IMG/VR virus record: IMGVR_UViG_3300045971_000577
Coordinates: 62,001 to 126,000 of that record
Direction: 5' to 3' (one strand)
DNA length: 64,000 nucleotides
Under the pieces are notes generated by a model. That model saw only the letters and a list, made by a program, of their open reading frames with translations. It searched no databases and had not been told where the DNA came from. A program made the position numbers and the translations under genes. Every line of letters starts with the position of its first letter. The stretch's first letter is position 1. This document shows positions 28,455-36,970 of this stretch, in pieces.

Positions 28455-29051
28455 ATGCCACAACTAACTGAATCATCACATTATACTTGTTTTCTTTGCG
28501 GAAGTCAAGCAAACTTCATAAGTGTCAACTCCAAACAATACAGATGCGTCGAAAAAATAACCAGATGCCCGGGTTTTGTAGAAAAAGCAGAAAAATCCAG
28601 GCAAGAAAGAATATCTCCGGAGGATAGAAGAGCTCATATGAAGCTTATGAGTAATCACGGAAATAAGAAACTTTCTGAATTGCATAAAGACGGTAGTTGG
28701 AGGAAAGAAAAAAGTAAAAATATAACAATAGGTAAAGTATTGAACGGATCTGCCATAGATCCTTCTCTGAAGACTGCGTGGAAACTTTACGAAGACGCTG
28801 CAGACAGACATACTCGCGAAAGTTGGATTTATAATCAAGATAAAATAAATCCAACTAATCTTCCGCGCGGCATGATATACGAACTTGACCACAAATATAG
28901 TAAATCATACGGATTCAAAAATAATGTGCCGCCGGAAATAATAGGACATTGGTCAAATCTTCGGATGATAGATCAATCCTCAAATCGAAAGAAATACAAT
29001 ACATGCTCTATTACATTAGAGGAACTTTACTCCCTGATAAACTCCATATAG
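28455..29051 (+). mobile_element. HNH homing endonuclease
   Basis: YELDHKYS.SYGF.NNVPPEIIG..SNLRMI....N.KK; GATAAATA at 28424; opposite strand. Confidence 0.8.
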
Positions 29052-29407
29052 GCGCCATTTTCGTTATCTTCGCTGACGCTAATCTTTATTGATCTATTTG
29101 GATATTTTGATGTAATAATATTATATAAGTCTTCTGATATCATTTCGCATGATTTATAGTCGAGCACAAGAGTTTTCTCTCTGTATAGATTTTCTAACCA
29201 TCGCTTGAACTGTATAAACTCTATTGCTCGGTCGTTATGTTCTACTTCAATAAATACCTGAAAATGAAATATATGCCGATGAGGGTGTGATAGAAAACTT
29301 ACATCATATTCATCGCCCGTTGCAAGAGACGGATCGGTCTCTGCTGCTGGATATCTATGTATCCCCTCTTTTTCAAACTTCACCCAAATCCATCTACTTG
29401 TGATCAT
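29027..29407 (-). CDS. dpdL: QueD-like T-fold protein, DpdL-type (putative CDG decarboxylase)
   Basis: LSHPHRHIF matches the LxxxHRHxF signature recalled for DpdL, rather than QueD CxxxHGH; SCE and VSED.ENGA T-fold motifs. Confidence 0.6.
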   Translation of the reverse strand: MITSRWIWVKFEKEGIHRYPAAETDPSLATGDEYDVSFLSHPHRHIFHFQVFIEVEHNDRAIEFIQFKRWLENLYREKTLVLDYKSCEMISEDLYNIITSKYPNRSIKISVSEDNENGAYMEFIRE

Positions 29408-30219
29408 TTTACTTTGGCCTTTCCCTTCTTTGCAGTTTCCAATGGTTCTGTGGCCACCGGCGCGGGCGGTACTCCCTCGACATATGATTGTAGAAGGACG
29501 TCCCGTGTCGGCGGTTCAGATTTTGTGGTATTCTCTTCTTCATTGTCTGGCTTCAGTTTTGAACCCGAATCTGGATCAAGTCCAAGTAAGGAGTCATTTT
29601 GCACTACAGATACAGTTTCCTCAACTGTACCTGACAGTGCTGTTTCCTGGAACTGTTTCTTGATTGCAGCAAGATTGACTGCAGGAACATTGATATCAGC
29701 GTACACTTCATTCTTGATAACAACGTCAGTACCATACTCATCCCAGCCTGTAAAGCGGTTGCTGTCGGTAACTTCATGGAAATGCATGCACCACACGCCC
29801 GGGTTGGTTGCGTTGAAATCGACGTCGTCAATCTTCACTGTAAGATTTGGGCTCGAAGTTTCAATCTTAGGAATGCGTACCGATAGCAATGGTACGAAAA
29901 TGCGGCTTTGCCAGATGCCTGGGTTGAGCATCTTTAGCACTGTTTGGTGATCATGCGCTTCGTAGTCCAAGGAGACCCAAAATCCCTTGTCCAGTAATGC
30001 AGTGATTGTCTTGTCCCAATATGGGTCGAGATTACCACAGCTAAATGAGTGATTTGCACCCATGAAGATATGCGTTGTCTTGTGTTCGTTTGCAGTTTGT
30101 AGGATCTTAGCCAGTTCTGGCTTTCCAACTACAAACAGTGTTCTCTTTGCAAATGCCGGAGTGTGTTCCACTTCGGGACCCACAAAAAATACCACGTTAT
30201 CGTGTCCATCTCTATTCAT
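29404..30219 (-). CDS. hypothetical protein in the deazaguanine/glycosyltransferase cluster
   Basis: G.EVEHTPA...TLFVVG, HIF.GANHSF, KIDD.DF.ATNPGVW; disordered acidic C-terminus. Confidence 0.8.
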   Translation of the reverse strand: MNRDGHDNVVFFVGPEVEHTPAFAKRTLFVVGKPELAKILQTANEHKTTHIFMGANHSFSCGNLDPYWDKTITALLDKGFWVSLDYEAHDHQTVLKMLNPGIWQSRIFVPLLSVRIPKIETSSPNLTVKIDDVDFNATNPGVWCMHFHEVTDSNRFTGWDEYGTDVVIKNEVYADINVPAVNLAAIKKQFQETALSGTVEETVSVVQNDSLLGLDPDSGSKLKPDNEEENTTKSEPPTRDVLLQSYVEGVPPAPVATEPLETAKKGKAKVK

Positions 30220-30227
30220 AATGATCC

Positions 30228-30405
30228 TTATTTATCTGTATATTCTACCAATCTCACAGCCGCATCTAGCTGTGGGTTATCTCTGAGCATTTCTTTGACT
30301 TGTGCTAAAATCTCATCACAACCGGAGAGGCCTTCGCAACGAAGGCCTCTCCCATTCTTCGTCGTTGCCTTCGCAAACAATGAGTTCGAATGTGTATGTT
30401 TTCAT
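30228..30405 (-). pseudogene. small gene frameshifted inside a perfect 13-bp palindrome
   Basis: MKTYTFELIVCEGNDEEWE in one frame, EGLSGCDEILAQVKEML...VRLVEYTDK in the +1 frame; span 178 nt = 59 codons + 1. Confidence 0.6.
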
Positions 30406-31589
30406 CAATACTTTGCCTTAGCCACGTGCTTTCTGTAATCGTTAGTGTTGCGGCCCCATTGCTTGTAGTCGTTGACTTCCATCAAGATGTCCAGCGTACG
30501 ATCGATAGTACCGTTCTGCCAATCGCTCACTGCACCGGTTTCGTAAGTTGCAGGACGGGAAAACATTGCTTCCAGCTTATTGGCAGCGTCATTGACGCTC
30601 CACGGCAGATACATGTTCTTCTCGTTATTTGCAAACACTTCCGGGAAGCTACGATATGCAGGGTACAGGGTGAGTGTACCGAACGTATCTGCTTCGCTTA
30701 CGGTATTACTTACCCAATCTTGCAACGCACAGTTGAACAAAACGGTACTGTCAGCCAGCAACTCGTAATAGTCATTCTTCTTCAATCCCTCGTAGACCTT
30801 GATGTTTGCAGTACCGCTGGTTTGCAGGTACTTCAGAAACTCCAGGTGCGACTTGTTGTTGCTCTTCAGTTCAGGGTGGCCAGTAAAGATGGCAAACTCC
30901 ACTTCCGGGCGAGTCTTGTAAAAACGCTGCGCCAGTTGCATGTAGAATTCAGGTTGCTTCTCGTCGTCCCACCGTGCAGCAAATGCGACACGCTGTTCGC
31001 GCGAGGTAATCGGCTTCAAATAAGGTACGCGGTTGTACACTTCTTCCTTGCCAAACGGCAAGCCGGTAACGTAGATCGGAGCCTTCATGCCTGCAATACG
31101 CAGGTGGGCAACCATTTCCTCGCTTGCAACAAGAATGCCGTCAGCGAACTCGTCAACCATTTGCTCGAACTTACGCATCCAGTGCGCCATGCCTTCGCGA
31201 TTGACGAAATCGTCAGGATCCACCGATTGTGCCAAACAACGCACATAAACCTTCGGGCGGAACTTCTTCGGGACTTGTTGAATAATATACGGCAAGCTTT
31301 CGATACCCGGGGTAAACATGTCTTCGAAAAAGATTACATCATCCTTCGTAACCTTACCTTCCTTCATCAGTTGTACAAGATTTGCCATCTGGGTCATGCT
31401 GTAGTAGGTGCGACCATGTGCGTCAAGTACACTACCTGTAACAATCTTCTTATCGGTAGTGAGTTCTGCACCAACAATACATTCGTATTCGATTTCGCGT
31501 TGCTTGAACACGCGCTCATTCCAGTCCTGGAGTTGATAAGTGTATCTTGCAGTGTAAGATTCAAGGCCGCAATAGAAGAGTTTACGCAT
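30405..31589 (-). CDS. GT-B fold glycosyltransferase (GT4-like)
   Basis: VAFAARWDDEKQP, YYELLA.S.VLFN.ALQDWVS.T..EA..G...LYP.YRSFPE. Confidence 0.85.
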   Translation of the reverse strand: MRKLFYCGLESYTARYTYQLQDWNERVFKQREIEYECIVGAELTTDKKIVTGSVLDAHGRTYYSMTQMANLVQLMKEGKVTKDDVIFFEDMFTPGIESLPYIIQQVPKKFRPKVYVRCLAQSVDPDDFVNREGMAHWMRKFEQMVDEFADGILVASEEMVAHLRIAGMKAPIYVTGLPFGKEEVYNRVPYLKPITSREQRVAFAARWDDEKQPEFYMQLAQRFYKTRPEVEFAIFTGHPELKSNNKSHLEFLKYLQTSGTANIKVYEGLKKNDYYELLADSTVLFNCALQDWVSNTVSEADTFGTLTLYPAYRSFPEVFANNEKNMYLPWSVNDAANKLEAMFSRPATYETGAVSDWQNGTIDRTLDILMEVNDYKQWGRNTNDYRKHVAKAKY

Positions 31590-31603
31590 GTGTGTTCCTT
31601 AGG

Positions 31604-31855
31604 TTAGTTACTAGCTCTTAGAATATACGCTAAAGCGTCAGGTCCGTCAAGTCGCACCGTCTGGTTGCTATAGACGAGATATCCGTCTTCTGCTCTCCAA
31701 TGATTTGTACCAAGAGGTACAATCCGTAGCATCTTTGGATTTAGTTTGATAACACGGCCAATCTTCATACTGTTATGATGTACCATTGCTACATGGCAAC
31801 CTTCTTGTAATGGTTGACCCAGAATGTCAACGTGTTCCGGGGCCGGTTTTGCCAT
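31604..31855 (-). CDS. small SH3-like protein
   Basis: DILGQPL.EG.HVA...KIGRVIKLNPKM.RI; ends DALAYILR. Confidence 0.75.
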   Translation of the reverse strand: MAKPAPEHVDILGQPLQEGCHVAMVHHNSMKIGRVIKLNPKMLRIVPLGTNHWRAEDGYLVYSNQTVRLDGPDALAYILRASN

Positions 31856-32098
31856 AACTATTCCTTAGTTTATTTAATATTTCGTCATCGATCTCTTTGG
31901 ATATTGCTGCCGACATTTCTTCAGCTAAAATATCGCTAAGTGACTGCGAGTACATAGCATCGAGCTCTTTCTTGTTATATTTCAAACGCTCGATAATACG
32001 CTCTTCTTCGGTAAGGGGCTCTTCGTGAAGCTTCTTACCTATGTCTTCAATCGCCTCGATAGTCCACCTCGCATGGAGAGTGCGGGTTTATTTGTCAT
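31827..32098 (-). other. cryptic/frameshifted ORF resembling a segment of T4 gp23-type major capsid protein
   Basis: 86-codon frame TRTLHARWTIEA...LSDILAEEMSAAISKEIDDEILNKL with no in-frame start at its 5' end; ATG at 32098 is one base out of frame. Confidence 0.55.
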
Positions 32099-32387
32099 AG
32101 TCGATGCGGCGAATAAGTCTATCTCCGAGCCAATGCGAACAGTTTTCTTTTGCGTCGATGCTGAGCTTAGTAACCATCTTGTCGAACTTTTCTTTAGATA
32201 TCTTTCTTCCATCGATGATAGTCTCTCCCAGATAACGTTGAGATACAGATTCAAACATATCCGCGTCGTTACCTGAGTCAATCATAGTAACTTCGTCATA
32301 CGCATGTTCTAAACTTTCCGCTTCAATAACATACCTGTGACGAAAGGTAGTGATTGTGTCAACAACGAATAGTTTTTTCTTAGTCAT
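32088..32387 (-). CDS. hypothetical phage protein
   Basis: Start MTKKKLFVVDTI..FRHRYVIEA...A.DEVTM. Confidence 0.75.
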   Translation of the reverse strand: MTKKKLFVVDTITTFRHRYVIEAESLEHAYDEVTMIDSGNDADMFESVSQRYLGETIIDGRKISKEKFDKMVTKLSIDAKENCSHWLGDRLIRRIDYDK

Positions 32388-32806
32388 ATTCCTGCCAGTT
32401 TGTTTAGGGTTAGTTGCTCTTCTGCCCACCTGTGCTCTTGCTCAATGCGGGATTTGAGATAGTTTCGGATCGTATCTTTATGTGACCAAATGAATGTTTC
32501 ATATCTGCTCAGTCCATTACACGGGCAGTCATATACAAACATGATTCCGTTCATTTCCCCTGCGGAAACAGAGTCACAATCGTAGTGCAGAATTACACCT
32601 TCGGGATTTTCAGCATATTCTTCATTGCAATATTCTTTCCAACTACCATCTTCTTCATCTTGATAGCACGAAGCATCCGGACATAGATGTAATCGATTAC
32701 ACCATCCACAAGTAATATCCGAAGATCCGACACCAAATCCCGACATTGCATTGATAAACATATCGGACGGCTTTCTGTCGTCCTTGCGATATTCTTTCTT
32801 AGTCAT
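32384..32806 (-). CDS. hypothetical Cys-containing protein
   Basis: CGWCNRLH, DCPCN; ends EEQLTLNKLAGI. Confidence 0.75.
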   Translation of the reverse strand: MTKKEYRKDDRKPSDMFINAMSGFGVGSSDITCGWCNRLHLCPDASCYQDEEDGSWKEYCNEEYAENPEGVILHYDCDSVSAGEMNGIMFVYDCPCNGLSRYETFIWSHKDTIRNYLKSRIEQEHRWAEEQLTLNKLAGI

Positions 32807-32961
32807 AGTTTATAGACCCAATAACCCGAAACGGGGTAAGAAGGATAATCTCCAAAGGGGCGAGCATCGTGAAAAGCATGATGCCGTTCCCTATGGACGG
32901 TCTTTAGCCACACCCAGTTATTGTTAATTTTTACTGGGTGCCAGGCAAACCATTCCTTCAT
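32803..32961 (-). CDS. 52-aa protein (below cutoff), WFAW.PV family
   Basis: Hand-translated MKEWFAWHPVKINNNWVWLKTVHRE...; ATGA overlaps on both sides. Confidence 0.65.
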   Translation of the reverse strand: MKEWFAWHPVKINNNWVWLKTVHRERHHAFHDARPFGDYPSYPVSGYWVYKL

Positions 32962-33791
32962 GCTTCGAAACCTCTCGCTGTTTCGTAACTTACTATAAAT
33001 CCGGATGCATGGGCGTGGCCGCCGCCACCGAAGTTTGCTGCAATCTCGCCCACATCGACACCGTCTAATGCAGAGCGTAAACCAAACTGCCTGCCTGACG
33101 GGGTATCGTAATAGTAGGCAGCAAACGGTTCATGTCTACTTAAAATATCACACATATCCGAGCCGAACTGATATGGTATATTTGCTACCGGGACATTGTA
33201 TCCGCAAATATTTATTCTTCTGACCACCACATTCATTAGCTCTCTGATATCTTTAGCAACTCTACGTTCGATTGCCGAGCCCTCCCTAATCTGATCTTCG
33301 ATTCGTTGTTTTACCAGCATATCCCAGTTTTCAAATGTGTAGTCATAGCTGAATATGTTTGCCTGAACTTCTCTCGTTCCAAGAATATCAAACTTCCATC
33401 GATCTCTATCGTCGATGTGTTTGATAAACATAGGCACTTCACTATGAGGAAAGAAATATTGCCAGGTAAGCATTGCGCCGCTGGCGGTATTTGCTGGACT
33501 ATATTTTGTCTCAAACTTTTCGTGTGTATAACCTGCCATTGCTTTGATTGCTGTATCGTGGTGATCAATGTGTATCACCTTGCGTGCTTTTGCTACTATC
33601 TCTTCCATGACAGGTCGCTTATAGCTGAAATCTACAATATACACAATCCTACCAGTGGTATCCGGTGGTGCGTCTTTATAGAATCCTGGATGAAACTCTA
33701 CATTATCTTCGCCTTCTGCTAATCTAACTACCCATGCTGCGGTAAATCCATCAGCACAGTTTCCATGGTATATACATAACTTCTTATTCAC
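32958..33791 (-). CDS. DHH/DHHA1 family phosphoesterase
   Basis: YH.NCADG, VDFS, IDHH, GGGGH..ASGF. Confidence 0.9.
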   Translation of the reverse strand: MNKKLCIYHGNCADGFTAAWVVRLAEGEDNVEFHPGFYKDAPPDTTGRIVYIVDFSYKRPVMEEIVAKARKVIHIDHHDTAIKAMAGYTHEKFETKYSPANTASGAMLTWQYFFPHSEVPMFIKHIDDRDRWKFDILGTREVQANIFSYDYTFENWDMLVKQRIEDQIREGSAIERRVAKDIRELMNVVVRRINICGYNVPVANIPYQFGSDMCDILSRHEPFAAYYYDTPSGRQFGLRSALDGVDVGEIAANFGGGGHAHASGFIVSYETARGFEA

Positions 33792-33993
33792 AGCGATCCT
33801 TTAGTTCGGTACTCGAAAAGGTGTCGAAGCGCTCTTTGTTTGCAGAGATAAACTGTTCAGATATTAGCAGTGCAACTCCGTCGACATCTCCGATTCCGCG
33901 ACCTTTTATTGTTTTCGTGTAATGCTCTAATGCGAGCTGTATTGCAGAAATAGCTTCTTCTGCCTTAATGGGATATTCTATTAAATTTCTCAT
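33784..33993 (-). CDS. hypothetical protein
   Basis: 69 aa, coupled. Confidence 0.65.
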   Translation of the reverse strand: MRNLIEYPIKAEEAISAIQLALEHYTKTIKGRGIGDVDGVALLISEQFISANKERFDTFSSTELKDRCE

Positions 33994-34235
33994 CTTTCCC
34001 TCGTTCTGTTGTGAAGGCTTTTATGCCGTACGTGTTTATCGCGTCTATCGCGCCTGTAGCGCGGCCTTGAATGATAACGAGGAGAGCTGTCTGCTAATAT
34101 TGCATGGGCACAAATCAACCCATTCAACATACCGTGCATATACTCCACATTTGGATCTCTATTATCGACACAATCTCTTTGTATTCCGATAAGATTCTCC
34201 AAACATACTAACTTTCGAGTTAGATCCTTATTCAT
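33990..34235 (-). CDS. hypothetical protein
   Basis: YMHGMLNGLICA.A motif, basic tail. Confidence 0.7.
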   Translation of the reverse strand: MNKDLTRKLVCLENLIGIQRDCVDNRDPNVEYMHGMLNGLICAHAILADSSPRYHSRPRYRRDRRDKHVRHKSLHNRTRER

Positions 34236-35754
34236 CCGAGTCTATAAGATCCTCAATATCTTCTGCAGCCATTGCATCAATATCGACATTCAATCTCTTC
34301 AGATTTGCTTGCTTGTTTTCCTTGAAGCTGATCTTATTCAGATACTTACCATGATCCTTTATCATATCTCGCGGATTTGGTGTGGCTGGATCTAAGATTA
34401 CTCTAATGAGATCTCTTACCATAGGTATAATAGCAGGTATATGTTCGCCTGTCATCTTGGCGCCACGGTGATCCAACGCTGGCAAATCGCGATATGAATA
34501 GCCTTTCGTGAGATCATCAATATCCGCCAGTCTGTTTACTTCCTGAATTGCCTGAATATGGTTGTAAACATTGTGCGCCATTACAAGTGCATACGAAGTG
34601 GTATCCCAACTTGTCTTGCCAATCTTGCCGTGCTTATTTACGTCTGTAGGACCCATCACGCAGATATCACCTACATCAAGCCTTTCCATAATCGGACCTT
34701 GGAAAGGCATTGCAAGAGTTGAACCCTTGAGTGACTTATTATCCAGTCCACGACCCATCGAATATGTTAGCTTCTGCGGGGTAAAGTGGTTGTAATCATA
34801 ACACAATGCGTATCCACCAGCTGCAACGAACGGAGATGCTGCGTCAAAGCTGACGTTGATATTCGGGTTATCATGCTGCTTCAGGCAGCGTTCAATTGTA
34901 GTAAGGTAGCACGCCCAATCAAGTCTACCAATGCCCAGAAAGTGAATCCAGTCCTTGTCCTTAAGTGCATCAAGTTCTCTTAGGTCAAGCAATCGATCCA
35001 GTACACATGCCATATCGCGCATATTCACACCTGCGAATGCGTAGCCTTCTAGCGTTCTGTCGCGTGTGTAATTCATTGCTTCTACAGCATCAGGGATGCT
35101 ATACGGAATTACCGCATCAAACCATTCCTTGGATGTCTCTGGGGAACTTCCGCTGAGTACGTTTAGGAACTTCGTCTTGCCAGGAATACGATGCGTCATG
35201 AAGTAGTCGAGATTGTGGACAGTAATATCCAACGTATCGGCAAATTTTGTCAAACCAGTCTTTTCACTCAAAGAACCTTCCGCAGCAAATGCCGGAACGT
35301 CGAGTGTCATTGACCAATCCGATGTGTGTTCAAGATAGCGCAGAATTTCTTCTCTTAGCTTATCGCCGCCGGCGCCCTTTACGGTTGTCCAGTCGAGTTT
35401 AATAACGCCTGTAGCAATTTGAAACCCGCCTGAGTCACCGATAAGAATAGTATCCTTAGGACGGTTGTGGATCATGGGTTCACGGTCATTGCATTTGCTA
35501 AGATTTCGTTCAGCGTGACCTGCAGAATACAAACCATACTTGTAGCTGAAATAAGCTTCGTCTGTGCCCTTTAGAAAATCAAGACCAGCAATACCGAGTT
35601 CGAAGTTCTTGGGAATTCTCGATTCTGAAACAAATTCCGGGTCAGCGGCTGCCTTACCGAGGTGGGTTGTATAAAACCCACTAATAGCCGGCAAATATTT
35701 TGCCCAACCACCCTTGATATGCCGCTCTGTAAAATCTACTCTATTATTTGTCAT
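34228..35754 (-). CDS. dpdA: TGT-fold guanine transglycosylase, DpdA-like
   Basis: GDSGGFQI, MTLDVP, HFLG, SFDAASP catalytic motifs; no obvious C-terminal zinc site of bacterial tRNA TGT; next to replication genes. Confidence 0.7.
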   Translation of the reverse strand: MTNNRVDFTERHIKGGWAKYLPAISGFYTTHLGKAAADPEFVSESRIPKNFELGIAGLDFLKGTDEAYFSYKYGLYSAGHAERNLSKCNDREPMIHNRPKDTILIGDSGGFQIATGVIKLDWTTVKGAGGDKLREEILRYLEHTSDWSMTLDVPAFAAEGSLSEKTGLTKFADTLDITVHNLDYFMTHRIPGKTKFLNVLSGSSPETSKEWFDAVIPYSIPDAVEAMNYTRDRTLEGYAFAGVNMRDMACVLDRLLDLRELDALKDKDWIHFLGIGRLDWACYLTTIERCLKQHDNPNINVSFDAASPFVAAGGYALCYDYNHFTPQKLTYSMGRGLDNKSLKGSTLAMPFQGPIMERLDVGDICVMGPTDVNKHGKIGKTSWDTTSYALVMAHNVYNHIQAIQEVNRLADIDDLTKGYSYRDLPALDHRGAKMTGEHIPAIIPMVRDLIRVILDPATPNPRDMIKDHGKYLNKISFKENKQANLKRLNVDIDAMAAEDIEDLIDSDE

Positions 35755-35974
35755 TGGTTCTATATCTATTTAGTACGTTGTTTATCTCGTGGTTGAATTC
35801 ATCTAGCGTCCAACCTGCACTGGTAACAATACTGTGATACGGTTTAGCTACTTTAGCTTCAACCGTCTGTGGATTGATTATAGCATAGTGCCCATCAGAA
35901 ATGCGACTAAGCCGGGCCTCTAGTGACGGAAAGTCAAGGCTCTTTAGGCGCGCAAATGTTAAATCTTCACTCAT
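35744..35974 (-). CDS. small protein, GWT family
   Basis: MSEDLTFARLKSLDF...AGWTLDEF. Confidence 0.7.
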   Translation of the reverse strand: MSEDLTFARLKSLDFPSLEARLSRISDGHYAIINPQTVEAKVAKPYHSIVTSAGWTLDEFNHEINNVLNRYRTNDK

Positions 35975-36227
35975 ATGTAAATTTTCCGTTTTCGTCTATT
36001 AGACCGAGGTCTAGAAGAATTTGACGCCTATACACGGGATCTTCTTTTATACGATGTTTTTCTTCATCCATTTCTGGTTTCATTTCGGGATCACTAAGAC
36101 GAACCATTTCACCGTTTTCCCAAAATCCTCCACGAGCTTTAGCAGCCTCAAGATCACGCCATAAGTGATAATCGGGATATTTCAATGCCAACATTGTGGC
36201 GTCCATATCCCGATGTTTCTTTACCAT
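35967..36227 (-). CDS. hypothetical protein
   Basis: 86 aa; ends LGLIDENGKFT. Confidence 0.7.
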   Translation of the reverse strand: MVKKHRDMDATMLALKYPDYHLWRDLEAAKARGGFWENGEMVRLSDPEMKPEMDEEKHRIKEDPVYRRQILLDLGLIDENGKFTYE

Positions 36228-36961
36228 TAGCTCTTGCCAGCTGGGATGATGTACTGGTACTTGCCCAATCCACTATCGATATCAATCTTCATTGCACCCA
36301 TATCGGAGAACTTGACAGATGCGCTGGATGCGCTATCAGCTAACTTCAGGATACTTAGTACCTGCGACAGCGGATAGGACCATTGCTTCAGTGTGCCAGT
36401 AACGTTCTTAGCGAACGGAACAGTTACGCGGTCGGTAGGACCGCTACCAATTGCGAAAAACAATGTGCCCTTATCAACACTTACAGTGAAACGCTTTTCA
36501 AAGCCACCGAGGATGCCCTGATATGCAGAAAGTTCTGCAATATTCTTCTTTTCTGGAGCGATAGTGACATTCCATGTTGCACCCTTGAATGGCGGAACCT
36601 TAACTTGTTCGTTAATCATTGCCTCACTCATGAAGCGATACGATGCTACCGACCCTGCCTGATTGTCAAAACGTACTTCAACGGGCATTTCCGCGGTGCC
36701 GCGAAGTTCCTTAACAACATCAACAGTGGACGCAGAATGCAAATCCATATAACCCTTCAGAACTGTCAAACGAGACAAACCTACAGTGGAATCAATATCT
36801 GTAATGGGTTGATACATATCACCGAAGATAACAACAGTCTTGTCAGCATCGATTGCTTCGATCTTTGCTTCTGTGCCGCTACCTACAATCTTAACCATAT
36901 CGATAAAGCCCAGCGAACTTGTGTGCTTCACGATGTCTTTCATACTGTCCAAAATGTTCAT
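36227..36961 (-). CDS. putative DNA polymerase sliding clamp (gp45/PCNA-like)
   Basis: 244 aa alpha/beta pattern, ends IDSGLGKYQYIIP; lies just downstream of DNA polymerase. Confidence 0.65.
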   Translation of the reverse strand: MNILDSMKDIVKHTSSLGFIDMVKIVGSGTEAKIEAIDADKTVVIFGDMYQPITDIDSTVGLSRLTVLKGYMDLHSASTVDVVKELRGTAEMPVEVRFDNQAGSVASYRFMSEAMINEQVKVPPFKGATWNVTIAPEKKNIAELSAYQGILGGFEKRFTVSVDKGTLFFAIGSGPTDRVTVPFAKNVTGTLKQWSYPLSQVLSILKLADSASSASVKFSDMGAMKIDIDSGLGKYQYIIPAGKS

Positions 36962-36970
36962 GTGTTTTCC

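Noticed and set aside
28408-29120. Self-splicing intron joining dpdL to the orphan 3' fragment
   Set aside because: The upstream gene already has a complete C-terminus, the HNH is antisense, and there is no room for a ribozyme core.
30390-31607. 405-aa plus-strand ORF
   Set aside because: Antisense shadow of the glycosyltransferase.
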